A DNA stretch of 34,316 nt from a virus (lineage: Duplodnaviria; Caudoviricetes): the IMG/VR virus record IMGVR_UViG_3300006754_000066, positions 1 through 34,316 of that record; one strand, 5' to 3'. Below the pieces are notes generated by a model. The model was not told where the DNA came from, made no database searches, and saw only the letters and a program-made list of their open reading frames with translations. The position numbers and the translations under genes are program-made. Below are positions 8,755 to 17,703 of this stretch, one piece after another. Every line of letters begins with the position of its first letter. Position 1 is the first letter of the stretch.

Positions 8755-9348
8755 ATGCTAAAATATATACTGTTTTTTGCTTTAGGATGTGAAGCATGTG
8801 GTCCAACGGTTTTAGAAGTTTCGGAAGATTCTGCTGTTTCAGTTGTTGAAGAAGAGCAAATTCCAGAACAATTCGGAATTATTAATACAATAGACTGTGA
8901 TCAGAAAGCTATTGGTTCAAAAGTTTGTAATATGATCTTCTATGATCAGAACAAGGAAGTGTGGCAACTGTATGAACAAGAAGGCAAGGTAGTAATTCTT
9001 GATTTTTCAACCGTGTGGTGTGGGCCGTGTCAAAATGCAGGACATTATGTTCAGCCGCTGCAAGATGAGTACGCTGATAAAATTAATTTTGTAACAGTCT
9101 TGGTTGATGGAGTTAGTGGTGAACCACCGACCGAGGCGGAAATTGATCAATGGGTGTCCTCACACAATATAACAACTGCGCCAGTCTTGTATGCTGATAG
9201 AAGTGTCCTTGACCCAACCGGTGAAACTGGATATCTTGTGGGAGGTTTTCCAACATATGTGTTTATAGACAAAAATCTAAAAATCCATGTGGGTGCTGTT
9301 GGTTTCAATGAACAATATGTTCGTTCAGTGATTGATAGTTTATTATAA
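8755..9348 (+). CDS. TlpA/ResA-like thioredoxin-fold disulfide reductase, probably exported or a lipoprotein
   Basis: GKVVILDFSTVWCGPC, cis-Pro loop GFPTYVFID, N-terminal hydrophobic stretch ending in Cys. Confidence 0.85.
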   Translation: MLKYILFFALGCEACGPTVLEVSEDSAVSVVEEEQIPEQFGIINTIDCDQKAIGSKVCNMIFYDQNKEVWQLYEQEGKVVILDFSTVWCGPCQNAGHYVQPLQDEYADKINFVTVLVDGVSGEPPTEAEIDQWVSSHNITTAPVLYADRSVLDPTGETGYLVGGFPTYVFIDKNLKIHVGAVGFNEQYVRSVIDSLL

Positions 9349-9391
9349 ACAAAACTAAGTATTAATATATGACCATGAAGGAGGGTACCTT

Positions 9392-9877
9392 GTGGGTTTA
9401 TATACAGGCTTGCTATTAGTATCTCAGCTGTTCAGCGGTTTTCAAACATGGCCACATAATCCGGATATATTAATATGTGATAGTTCCCGCGTTACTATAT
9501 CAAGGGTTAATAAAGCCGTCGATTTTTGGCGGCCGCTTGGACACTCATTTGGTAATATTAGAAAGGCGCTGCCAGATAATATATTTTGTGCCAGAGGCGA
9601 GCCGCCATATGGGGTAATCATGATTGATATACCAAGCCAGGGTTTTAATTTTAACAGCCATTTAGGAACAACTAAAACATGGTGGAATACTACCACTGGG
9701 GAAATTATTAAATCAAAAATCGAGATCAAAACAGGCTGGGAATCTACTGAGAGAGTATTAGAACATGAGATAGGGCACGCACTAGGTTTTTCGGATAATT
9801 CTATCACTGGCCATATGATGCATCGGGCTTGGATCAAAGGCGGGCGCGGGGATAAGAATCTGCGTGCGCGACCCTAA
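9392..9877 (+). CDS. Matrixin-like (metzincin) zinc metalloprotease
   Basis: HEIGHALGFSD followed by the Met-turn HMM; GGAGG SD before the GTG. Confidence 0.8.
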   Translation: MGLYTGLLLVSQLFSGFQTWPHNPDILICDSSRVTISRVNKAVDFWRPLGHSFGNIRKALPDNIFCARGEPPYGVIMIDIPSQGFNFNSHLGTTKTWWNTTTGEIIKSKIEIKTGWESTERVLEHEIGHALGFSDNSITGHMMHRAWIKGGRGDKNLRARP

Positions 9878-9891
9878 ACCTATTTATTATA

Positions 9892-10224
9892 ATGTATAAA
9901 TATCATGCAAAGCTTATCAGAGTTATAGACGGTGACACGATTGAAGCCTCAGTTGATCTTGGGTTTGGTTTACGGTACCAGATACTTATCCGCTTATATG
10001 GCATTAATGCGCCAGAAACACGCACCAGGGACCTTAAAGAAAAGAAAGCGGGTATTGCAGCCAAGGAGTATTTAATAGAGCTTATGAGGGATTCTAAAGA
10101 CAATTTTATTTTAGAATCTCATGGTGTTGGAAAATATGGAAGATGTCTAGGAACAATATTAATTAATGACGTTAATGTTAATAAATTACTAATTAAAGAA
10201 GGTTTAGCAAAGGAATATAGATAA
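9892..10224 (+). CDS. Thermonuclease (SNase-like)
   Basis: VIDGDT, IRLYGINAPE, GKYGRCL, LIKEGLA motifs. Confidence 0.92.
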   Translation: MYKYHAKLIRVIDGDTIEASVDLGFGLRYQILIRLYGINAPETRTRDLKEKKAGIAAKEYLIELMRDSKDNFILESHGVGKYGRCLGTILINDVNVNKLLIKEGLAKEYR

Positions 10225-10436
10225 TGCATTGGTTTAATGATTCAAAGTTAAAGTTACATATAGAATCTCAGAATGAAACATACTTTGAACATTTAATTGG
10301 CGCGACAAGCATCAGCTTCCTTTTGGGAGTATTGTCTATCCAGTGTTTAATACACTCAGTTTTTCCTTTTTTATTTACATCGGCCGTTTCAGATAATATT
10401 AAAGAAATCGAGCGCTTATGTAAGAGGAAACAATAA
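10224..10436 (+). CDS. Small membrane protein (DUF6356-like)
   Basis: H....ETYFEH...LIHSVFPFLF pattern. Confidence 0.65.
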   Translation: MHWFNDSKLKLHIESQNETYFEHLIGATSISFLLGVLSIQCLIHSVFPFLFTSAVSDNIKEIERLCKRKQ

Positions 10437-11453
10437 ATGAAACTCCTACTTGAAAACTGGCGAAGGTTTTTAAACGAAGAAGAAACCATGGACATGGGTG
10501 GTAAGTCTTGGAGAGACGTCGAGAGCGATCAAAAAAAGAGAGCAAGACAGGGTGCTGAAGAAGCAGGATATCATTTTGACCGTAAGCTAGGTAAAGGTCA
10601 AATGGGCGAAGTTTATTTGGTCGAGAACAAAAAGACCGGCGAGCGAAATGCGATGAAGCATGTGGTAAAGGCTCTCTACGGCGGTCCGAAAAGTTCTAAG
10701 AGAGAAGCGCAAAACTACCGCTTTGCCATGGATAACAAAGCGTCAATGAATGAAAAATTTGCAAAATACCTCCCAGACGTGTATAATATAATAGAAACAA
10801 CAAAAGATTATTTTATTTTTATGGAATTGTTAGAGGACATTCCCGATAGGATAAAAGCAGATATACTCAGACTAAACGACGAAGACTCTGATATCTCACG
10901 ACACGAAAAGTACACTAGATTATTTAAAGACACTGAAGCAATTTATGAAGTTATCAATATGGCTCTCCATGGTAATCTTATGTTGATGCAGGGCGATCGC
11001 CAAGTATACCAAGATATTATACACAATGTACCAAACGCAGTAATGAAAAGAGTCACTGAAATGGTTGGATATAATTGGGAAGGGGCACCGTGGAGTACTC
11101 TTGCTGATTTAATTGTTGAAGAGTCTATGGAGTACTTAAAAAACGATCCTCTTTATTCTGACAGTCCTCAGTATCTTAAACGTGATTTAGAAGATGTGCT
11201 TCAAGATATTCTTGAAAAACAAATTGTGCCAATCCATGGTGGGCACGGAAGAGTCAGCGCCGCTGGCAAACACGGAGAGAAAGTTGAGAGAAACTTTCCT
11301 GAAGCTGAAGGCTTAATGCGTGCAATGAAGTATTTTCTCGATCAACAAAACTGGCAACCCAAAGATGTACACTCTGGTAATGTAATGGTGCGACCTAGTA
11401 CAAAAGGTTTTGTAATTACTGATCTCGGTTTGTTTGACTTAAAGAGTATATAA
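10437..11453 (+). CDS. Ser/Thr protein kinase-like protein with ENWR leader
   Basis: LGKGQMGEVY Gly loop, AMK, helix-C E (KREA), FMELL hinge, DVHSGNVMV catalytic loop, TDLG; N-terminus MKLLLENWRRFLNEEE. Confidence 0.88.
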   Translation: MKLLLENWRRFLNEEETMDMGGKSWRDVESDQKKRARQGAEEAGYHFDRKLGKGQMGEVYLVENKKTGERNAMKHVVKALYGGPKSSKREAQNYRFAMDNKASMNEKFAKYLPDVYNIIETTKDYFIFMELLEDIPDRIKADILRLNDEDSDISRHEKYTRLFKDTEAIYEVINMALHGNLMLMQGDRQVYQDIIHNVPNAVMKRVTEMVGYNWEGAPWSTLADLIVEESMEYLKNDPLYSDSPQYLKRDLEDVLQDILEKQIVPIHGGHGRVSAAGKHGEKVERNFPEAEGLMRAMKYFLDQQNWQPKDVHSGNVMVRPSTKGFVITDLGLFDLKSI

Positions 11454-11496
11454 TGAAACATAGAAGACTTAAAAAAGAAAAAAAGAGGAGCGACAA

Positions 11497-12009
11497 ATGA
11501 AACACCTATTTGAAAATTGGCGCCGTTATTTAGACGAAGAAGAGCAACCACAAAAATGCGTTACTGTTGGTTCTTTAATGGGCACCATAGATAAAATGCA
11601 AGACGCCGAAAAACGCGGGGAAGATGTTGACCGGTTAAAAGGATGGGGGGTTGATTTAGGTAAAAAATTAATTGGATGGATACCCGTTATTGGGGATATT
11701 ATTTCTGCTGGATTAGATATACACGATGTACTTTTAAAAGTAAAGCATGAATTTGCTGACTCAGAGGTTCAATATGATCAAGTAGCAGATTATCCAATAC
11801 TTGGGCATCTTAAAATTGACCCCGAGTTGATTAAGGTTCTCGAAGACGATATCCTTAGACAATTAGACGAAATGTACGAAGAACAAGTTCTCAGTAAAGT
11901 ACGTGCAGAGACTTGTATAAGCGATATTATGACTATTAATGATTTTATTCGAATGGCGATTGCTAAAGAAACCGATAAACATGTTGTTATACGAGATGAA
12001 ACTTCGTGA
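11497..12009 (+). CDS. ENWR-leader hypothetical protein
   Basis: MKHLFENWRRYLDEEE; internal LIGWIPVIGDII hairpin-like motif; GAGGAG SD. Confidence 0.8.
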   Translation: MKHLFENWRRYLDEEEQPQKCVTVGSLMGTIDKMQDAEKRGEDVDRLKGWGVDLGKKLIGWIPVIGDIISAGLDIHDVLLKVKHEFADSEVQYDQVADYPILGHLKIDPELIKVLEDDILRQLDEMYEEQVLSKVRAETCISDIMTINDFIRMAIAKETDKHVVIRDETS

Positions 12010-12611
12010 AGTTTCTATTTGAAAATTGGCGCAGTTTTGTTTTACTTGAGAATATTGAGACTGTCACACGGTTGTCAGTCTTTGATTTCGATGAAACAAT
12101 TGCTTTTTCTGAGGGACATATTAATGCTATTGACAAACGAACTGGTCAAGAATTTAAAATTCGCACACAAAAGAAGTATGATCAATTGAAAGCCGATGGC
12201 AATTACGATTTTGATTTCTCGCCGCTTGATGAAGTACATAATGCAGTTGAAAATCCCAGTATTACATCAATTTTAAGAGATCGGTTGGCGGATCCCAATA
12301 CACAAGTAATGGTTTTAACCGCCCGTGCACCGGTCTCTATCGATGATATTCATAGAGTTTTACAAACTTTTGATGAACCTATTGAAACGAAAGATATTAT
12401 TATGGTTGGTAATGCCGGCGGAAATAAAGGCGAATACATAAGAGATATCATCCTTTCAAAATATGATAATATCAGAGAAATAGAGTTTTTTGATGACTCC
12501 GATAACAACATCTCTGATATGGCAGCAATAAAAAAGGAAACATCTAATACCAACCGCATCGAAAAGTTTGACATTTATAAAGTGAGCGAAGGAAATCCAA
12601 ATTTAACTTAG
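12006..12611 (+). CDS. HAD-superfamily phosphatase (RNA-repair/PNKP-phosphatase-like) with ENWR leader
   Basis: Motif I FDFDET, II LTAR, III K (GNKG), IV FFDD; N-terminus MKFLFENWRSFVLLE. Confidence 0.82.
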   Translation: MKFLFENWRSFVLLENIETVTRLSVFDFDETIAFSEGHINAIDKRTGQEFKIRTQKKYDQLKADGNYDFDFSPLDEVHNAVENPSITSILRDRLADPNTQVMVLTARAPVSIDDIHRVLQTFDEPIETKDIIMVGNAGGNKGEYIRDIILSKYDNIREIEFFDDSDNNISDMAAIKKETSNTNRIEKFDIYKVSEGNPNLT

Positions 12612-12642
12612 TTTAAAACTATTTATTTTGGAGGATGCGCTT

Positions 12643-12966
12643 ATGTCTGATAATGGAAACGGGTGGGAAACCTACTCAAAACTAGTTTTACAACAATTGG
12701 AAACCCTATCTGGTGGGATCGAAGGGTTGCGTAACGAACTTCAAGATGTAAAGGGCCAATTAACTGAACTAAAAGCCAAAGAGGATAGAGTCCAAGATCT
12801 GAAAGCCTGGAAAGAGAAAATGGATGATATTGCTTCACCACCACAGTTAAAAAATGCTCTTCAAGAAATTGAAGATTTGAAGACTTTCAAGACAAAAGCG
12901 GTGACTATTTTTGCCGTAATACAATTTGCAATGGCTTGTGCTCTCTTTATATCAAATTTTATGTAA
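12643..12966 (+). CDS. Coiled-coil protein with a C-terminal transmembrane helix
   Basis: Heptad-rich body, C-terminal AVTIFAVIQFAMACALFI; GGAGG SD before ATG 12643. Confidence 0.75.
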   Translation: MSDNGNGWETYSKLVLQQLETLSGGIEGLRNELQDVKGQLTELKAKEDRVQDLKAWKEKMDDIASPPQLKNALQEIEDLKTFKTKAVTIFAVIQFAMACALFISNFM

Positions 12967-12986
12967 CAAGCTCGCTAGTTACTTTG

Positions 12987-13280
12987 ATGGCAAAGAAACA
13001 AGACACTTCCGACTACTTTAAACGTTTAATGAATCAACTCTCTGGTGAAGAAATAGATAAAGAGTATGAGTTAATACCAGAATACTGTATTGTAGGAAGT
13101 GGTGGCTATATATGGTGCTTCGATCCAACAACAAAAATGATGGTTAGGGTTGCCAGAGGGACCAAAGCATATATATTAGCTGAAAAATATGATTACAAAG
13201 GAAGAAACCTAGTGTATACTACAGATGGGTTGACTATTTGTATTGACCCAGACGAACTTATATTAACAGAGTGTGATTAA
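12987..13280 (+). CDS. Hypothetical protein
   Basis: Track ORF 12936..13280; likely start MAKKQ. Confidence 0.65.
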   Translation: MAKKQDTSDYFKRLMNQLSGEEIDKEYELIPEYCIVGSGGYIWCFDPTTKMMVRVARGTKAYILAEKYDYKGRNLVYTTDGLTICIDPDELILTECD

Positions 13281-13432
13281 TGTTGTTTACATTTGGTAAA
13301 GGCTGGAAAACTATGCTTTTCCTCCTATCAACTTGGGCATTTTATGGGTTTTTTGGTTTCGAATATACTGTAGTGACCATATTGGCGCTATTATATGCTT
13401 CAAAATTTAAAAATACCGATAGAATAGTCTAA
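13280..13432 (+). CDS. Small membrane protein, 50 aa
   Basis: Manual translation MLFTFGKGWKTMLFLLSTWAFYGFFGFEYTVVTILALLYASKFKNTDRIV; TAATG coupling to the upstream stop. Confidence 0.65.
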   Translation: MLFTFGKGWKTMLFLLSTWAFYGFFGFEYTVVTILALLYASKFKNTDRIV

Positions 13433-13464
13433 TATATGATAAATAAGTCTATTTATTTGTCGAG

Positions 13465-13743
13465 ATGAAAGAAAAAAAACCGTATGGCGAAATTTGTTCC
13501 GAGGATTTATCTGCCGGGGATATTGTCGAATGGCGACGGTGGGACTCGTTAGATGAAAGTTGGACTTCTCATTATGGTGTTGTTATTGAATCTAAAAATA
13601 AATTTATGTCTAACCGGCTAGTTTCTATCTCTACTGTACTACCAATCGATGGCAATGATGGAGAAATTGAATTATTTTCGCTAAGTTTGCGTTTGGTTTC
13701 GCGTGCATCGGAGCAAAATCAAGATAAATTGACAGAACAGTAA
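13465..13743 (+). CDS. SH3/KOW-like protein (VGDLV family)
   Basis: LSAGDIVEW..YGVVIE..LRLVS. Confidence 0.75.
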   Translation: MKEKKPYGEICSEDLSAGDIVEWRRWDSLDESWTSHYGVVIESKNKFMSNRLVSISTVLPIDGNDGEIELFSLSLRLVSRASEQNQDKLTEQ

Positions 13744-13775
13744 CTATTTATATATTGATATGGGAATATACTATT

Positions 13776-14567
13776 ATGCATGATATTTTAAAATCCTTGA
13801 TCAAGCAATTTATGCCTTTTGCTCAAGATCAAATTGGTTTTGAAAATCCCCCCAGACTGTTTCTCCGACAAGACTCAAAAAACGCAACCAATCCGTTAGG
13901 AAAAACTGCTTTTTATGATCCAGAGCAAAGATCTGTCACTCTTTATATCTCTAATAGACACCCAAAAGATATTTTACGTTCTTTAGGACATGAGTTAGTA
14001 CATCATAAACAAAACTGCGATGGCCAATTTGATGATGTAGGCGAAATGGGCGAAGGTTATGCTCAAACCAACCCTCACTTGCGGAAAATGGAGCAAGAAG
14101 CAAATATGAAAGGCAGTATGTGCCTTCGCGATTTTGAGGACACTTTAAAGCGCGAGAATACTATTTATTTTGAACATTTACAAAAAGGAGACATTATAAT
14201 GTCAACAAAAGATTGGAAAAACGGAGAAATCAAGAGTCTCCTTTCAGAAGCATGGGGATTCAAAATGGATCTCAATAAGCTCAGTGAATCGGCCGAAGAT
14301 GCCATCGAGGAAGAAGAAGAGATCGAAGAGCAGACTAAAACGGATAGGCCCGATCGGGTTGCTGGTCGTAACACTGCCGGCCGTAGATTGGATGAGGAAG
14401 GCGATGACTGCACGGATGAAGAGGGCGACGGCGAAGAACTTATGGAAGACGATGAAGTTGTCGAAGAAGACTTTCCCGGAAAACGCGATATGGACCAACA
14501 CAAATCAGATCTTTCTGAAGCAAGGCTTAAAGAAATTATTGCGTATGCACTAAAAATAAAGGGTTAA
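13776..14567 (+). CDS. HExxH zincin-like metallopeptidase domain fused to an acidic tail
   Basis: DILRSLGHELVHHKQN with downstream E(QEAN); D/E-rich C-terminal half. Start could be 13755 or 13776. Confidence 0.75.
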   Translation: MHDILKSLIKQFMPFAQDQIGFENPPRLFLRQDSKNATNPLGKTAFYDPEQRSVTLYISNRHPKDILRSLGHELVHHKQNCDGQFDDVGEMGEGYAQTNPHLRKMEQEANMKGSMCLRDFEDTLKRENTIYFEHLQKGDIIMSTKDWKNGEIKSLLSEAWGFKMDLNKLSESAEDAIEEEEEIEEQTKTDRPDRVAGRNTAGRRLDEEGDDCTDEEGDGEELMEDDEVVEEDFPGKRDMDQHKSDLSEARLKEIIAYALKIKG

Positions 14568-14573
14568 ACTACT

Positions 14574-16805
14574 ATGGCTGGTGGCGCAAATACACACCTG
14601 ACCCATCTTGAAGAATTGGTGCTCACTCAGGGTGAAGCCGGCTATTCAATGGCCCGGGCATTTCTTTTAGAATTATTAGAAACTTTAAAAGGCAATTCTG
14701 AATCACAGATTCAAACATCCGTCAAGTGGGATGGTGCACCCGCAATTTTTGCTGGTATTAATCCTGAGAATGGTCACTTTTTTGTAGGGACGAAATCGAT
14801 TTTTAATAAAGTCCCTAAGATTAACTATACCGAAGAAGACGTCAAAAAAAACCATGGGCATGCTCCGGGGCTGGTTGATAAACTAACCAAAGCACTGAAA
14901 TATTTACCCCAACTTGGTATTAAAAATATACTTCAAGGCGATTTCATGTTTGACGATGGAATGCTTGATATAGTACAGATTGATGGCGAACCTCACTATC
15001 GCTTTAAACCAAACACTATTGTATATGCTGTTCCGGTTAATTCTGATATTGGTAGAGAAATCGGCCAATCTAAGTTTGGGATTGTATTTCATACAACTTA
15101 TGATAGCTTAGATAGCGGAGCGCGCTTTGGTGCAGATGTTTCTGGATTAAATCGTGCGCCGGGTGTCTGGTTTGACGACGCTTTCTTTACGGATGATACT
15201 GGTACAGTGACATTAACCGAGGAAGAGGAATCACAAGTTATTAGTTTAGTTAGTGAATCTGATTCATTAAACGACAAGATTAATTATGAAGAACTCCCAC
15301 TAGCATTATTAAATATATACATTAATAGCGAAATCAAAGCCGGCCAATTTTTAGAAGATCCTCAAAACTCATTAGAGGGTTTTATTTTATGGTATTCAAC
15401 CAGATTAGAAAAGCGGATTAATAGTCTTAAAAGCGATCGTGGCCGGGCCAAGGCCACCCAAAAAGGTGAAGAACAGATGCGTTCTTTCAAGGAGCGCAGT
15501 GAAGATCTTCTTAACTTGTTCAGGGTATCTAAATTATTATTTGAAGCAAAGAATATATTTATTCAAAAATATAATAATGCTGTTTATAAAACAAAACACT
15601 TTGTTGATAATGGTACCGGAGATTTGGTTGCTAGTAACCCAGAAGGTTATGTGGCTGTCGATCACGCAGGAAACGGAGTCAAGTTTGTAGATAGATTAGA
15701 ATTTAGTCGTGCAAATTTTATGGTAGATAAATCAGCCAAGTTTACTAATGAATCAAAATCAACCATGTTAACAATTCAAATTTCCAAAGATAAAAGCATT
15801 ACTAAAATATTATCAGAATGGTTAAAAGAAATAAAAACAACAGACCACAAGTTTCAAAAATTACCACGAATGGTTTACGCTGACATATTAGCAGGAGTAC
15901 CTTTAATAGATATAGTCCCAGAAGAGAAAGCTGAAAAAGCTATCTATAATACGGTTATAGAACTATCTCTGGAAAGATTAAATTTAAACCCTTTTAATGA
16001 AGAAGAAACCGAAGATGAAGATCCAGTCGTTGATGCAGACTATTCAAAAACAGTTGCAGTCGTACCGGGTGCATTCAAGCCACCTCACAATGGGCATCTT
16101 GCTATGGTACGAGAATATGCTGCCATTGCAGATGAAGTGATTGTACTTATATCGCGACCAACTAAGAGCGGCCGCGCGCTGCCAAACGGTCGCGAAATTA
16201 CAGCTGATGATTCTCTTAAGATATGGGAGCTTTTGACGGCTGGACTATCAAATGTAGAGGTTGGAATTTCCAACCATGCTTCCCCGTTAACAGCCGCGTA
16301 TGAATACGTTGGACGCGACGGACCATTGGTGCCAGGCACTAAAGTAATATTGGGTGCCAGTACCAAGGGTAATGATGCAAGTCGTTGGCTTGGTGCTGAA
16401 AAATATATTAAAGATGGTGTTGAACTAATCGACCCACAGTCGAGTGCGGTAGAACCTACAGCGAGACCCAATGGAGAATCGTACAGTGCGACAGACTTCC
16501 GGGCCGCCCTAGGGGATATCGCAGCTAATATGGAGGTTATTGGAGACTTTATCGGTAGAGACAACGTTGAAAAGTTATTATCTATCTTAGATCTTAGTTT
16601 TCCAATGTCAGAAATGACTGGCGTGGGAGCAGTCGCTGGTGCGATCGCTAGCCCTGATGGTGGTCCATGGGTGAACGATAAGGAAATAGAAGACGGTAAC
16701 GAAGATGAAAAACAAAAAAGTAAACTCGAAACAAGAGAAAATAACGATTTAGTCACCGTTGATGAGGTGATGAGACTAATTATGGAAAGGGGTATCATGA
16801 GATGA
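14574..16805 (+). CDS. DUF6267-like (ligase-type KxDG nucleotidyltransferase fold) domain fused to an HxGH cytidylyltransferase-like domain
   Basis: HLTHLEE, VKWDGAPA, FFVGTKS, QGD, PNTIVY, EGYV, VKFVDRLEFSRANF; then PGAFKPPHNGH and SATDFR. Confidence 0.75.
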   Translation: MAGGANTHLTHLEELVLTQGEAGYSMARAFLLELLETLKGNSESQIQTSVKWDGAPAIFAGINPENGHFFVGTKSIFNKVPKINYTEEDVKKNHGHAPGLVDKLTKALKYLPQLGIKNILQGDFMFDDGMLDIVQIDGEPHYRFKPNTIVYAVPVNSDIGREIGQSKFGIVFHTTYDSLDSGARFGADVSGLNRAPGVWFDDAFFTDDTGTVTLTEEEESQVISLVSESDSLNDKINYEELPLALLNIYINSEIKAGQFLEDPQNSLEGFILWYSTRLEKRINSLKSDRGRAKATQKGEEQMRSFKERSEDLLNLFRVSKLLFEAKNIFIQKYNNAVYKTKHFVDNGTGDLVASNPEGYVAVDHAGNGVKFVDRLEFSRANFMVDKSAKFTNESKSTMLTIQISKDKSITKILSEWLKEIKTTDHKFQKLPRMVYADILAGVPLIDIVPEEKAEKAIYNTVIELSLERLNLNPFNEEETEDEDPVVDADYSKTVAVVPGAFKPPHNGHLAMVREYAAIADEVIVLISRPTKSGRALPNGREITADDSLKIWELLTAGLSNVEVGISNHASPLTAAYEYVGRDGPLVPGTKVILGASTKGNDASRWLGAEKYIKDGVELIDPQSSAVEPTARPNGESYSATDFRAALGDIAANMEVIGDFIGRDNVEKLLSILDLSFPMSEMTGVGAVAGAIASPDGGPWVNDKEIEDGNEDEKQKSKLETRENNDLVTVDEVMRLIMERGIMR

Positions 16806-17590
16806 ACCAAGAAGAAGAAACACTTAGATATAGTATACGCCAATTAGTAAGGCATGTCAAGCATAAAAAGCTGCAGAAGAATACTATTTTTGAGCAACAA
16901 ATAATCAGGTTAGCGGAGCTTGAACTTAGATCTATGCTAAACGAAGCTGGTGGGCCTGATGTAGATCCAACTCCAAACAAATCAACAGGTATCAATGTTC
17001 TGGAAGAATTATTAAAAAAGATCGTACCTGTACTTAAGACCGATTATAAATCATTGACGACAAACGAAGAACAGCGCGCTTCATTCAGAGCGCATATTGT
17101 TAATGCAGTTGTTCAAACGTTGACACCGGCTATAGCAAATGATGCAGCTGGTGTCGATGACATCGATGCTGGTGCTATTGATGAAGAAATAGATATTGAT
17201 ATCGTCGACGAGCCGGGTGATGATAAATTTATTGATATCAGAACAGATTCCGAAAAGAAAGCAGAAGAAGAAGCGGATCAACCAGATGAAAAGGAAGAAT
17301 TCGGGGATGGTGTAGATGGCGATGAAACTGGCCGGAATATGGCATACCAGTCATTTAAAAAAATAGAAACTGCGATATTAGATGCTTATGAATTGCTTTC
17401 GGATCCTGATGATCAAGAATTGTTTTATGATTACTTGATTGCCAATCTTAAACTTTACTTCAATAAATTTGAAGATGAGTTATCAACCTCAGTAGAGGAG
17501 CCGTCAAATCAAGCATATGATGATGCTGTAGACGATGTGGGCGGCGCTGTGTCTGGGGAAGAACCAGCAGATTTAGATATTCAATTGTAA
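16802..17590 (+). CDS. Acidic hypothetical protein, candidate virion protein
   Basis: LRYSIRQLV and LRSMLNE N-terminal helices; strongly D/E-rich. Confidence 0.75.
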   Translation: MNQEEETLRYSIRQLVRHVKHKKLQKNTIFEQQIIRLAELELRSMLNEAGGPDVDPTPNKSTGINVLEELLKKIVPVLKTDYKSLTTNEEQRASFRAHIVNAVVQTLTPAIANDAAGVDDIDAGAIDEEIDIDIVDEPGDDKFIDIRTDSEKKAEEEADQPDEKEEFGDGVDGDETGRNMAYQSFKKIETAILDAYELLSDPDDQELFYDYLIANLKLYFNKFEDELSTSVEEPSNQAYDDAVDDVGGAVSGEEPADLDIQL

Positions 17591-17607
17591 AATAATTAAT
17601 TTTTTAC

Positions 17608-17636
17608 TTGACAAGCATTTTAAAATCGCTTATATT
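17608..17636 (+). promoter_or_regulatory. Sigma70-type promoter
   Basis: TTGACA-17 bp-TATATT in intergenic DNA upstream of 17704. Confidence 0.75.
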
Positions 17637-17664
17637 ATATTTGTGGATGCGCTGTTAATCACAT

Positions 17665-17687
17665 GTGTCTATCACAGTGTCTATCAC
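17665..17687 (+). repeat. Direct repeat GTGTCTATCAC x2 (candidate operator)
   Basis: Copies at 17665-17675 and 17677-17687; a degenerate copy TGTTAATCAC lies just upstream. Confidence 0.7.
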
Positions 17688-17703
17688 TTAATTAATTAAT
17701 CTT

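Noticed and set aside
11453-11512. 19-codon mini-ORF MKHRRLKKEKRGATNETPI coupled to the kinase stop
   Set aside because: Too short to support; it may simply be a purine-rich spacer with a duplicated ATGAAACA.
16085-16843. 252 aa minus-strand ORF, and the other antisense ORFs such as 2282..2737, 9442..9837, 14165..14503 and 27271..27627
   Set aside because: They lie wholly opposite well-supported + strand genes and show Ser/Ile/Phe-rich antisense shadow composition.
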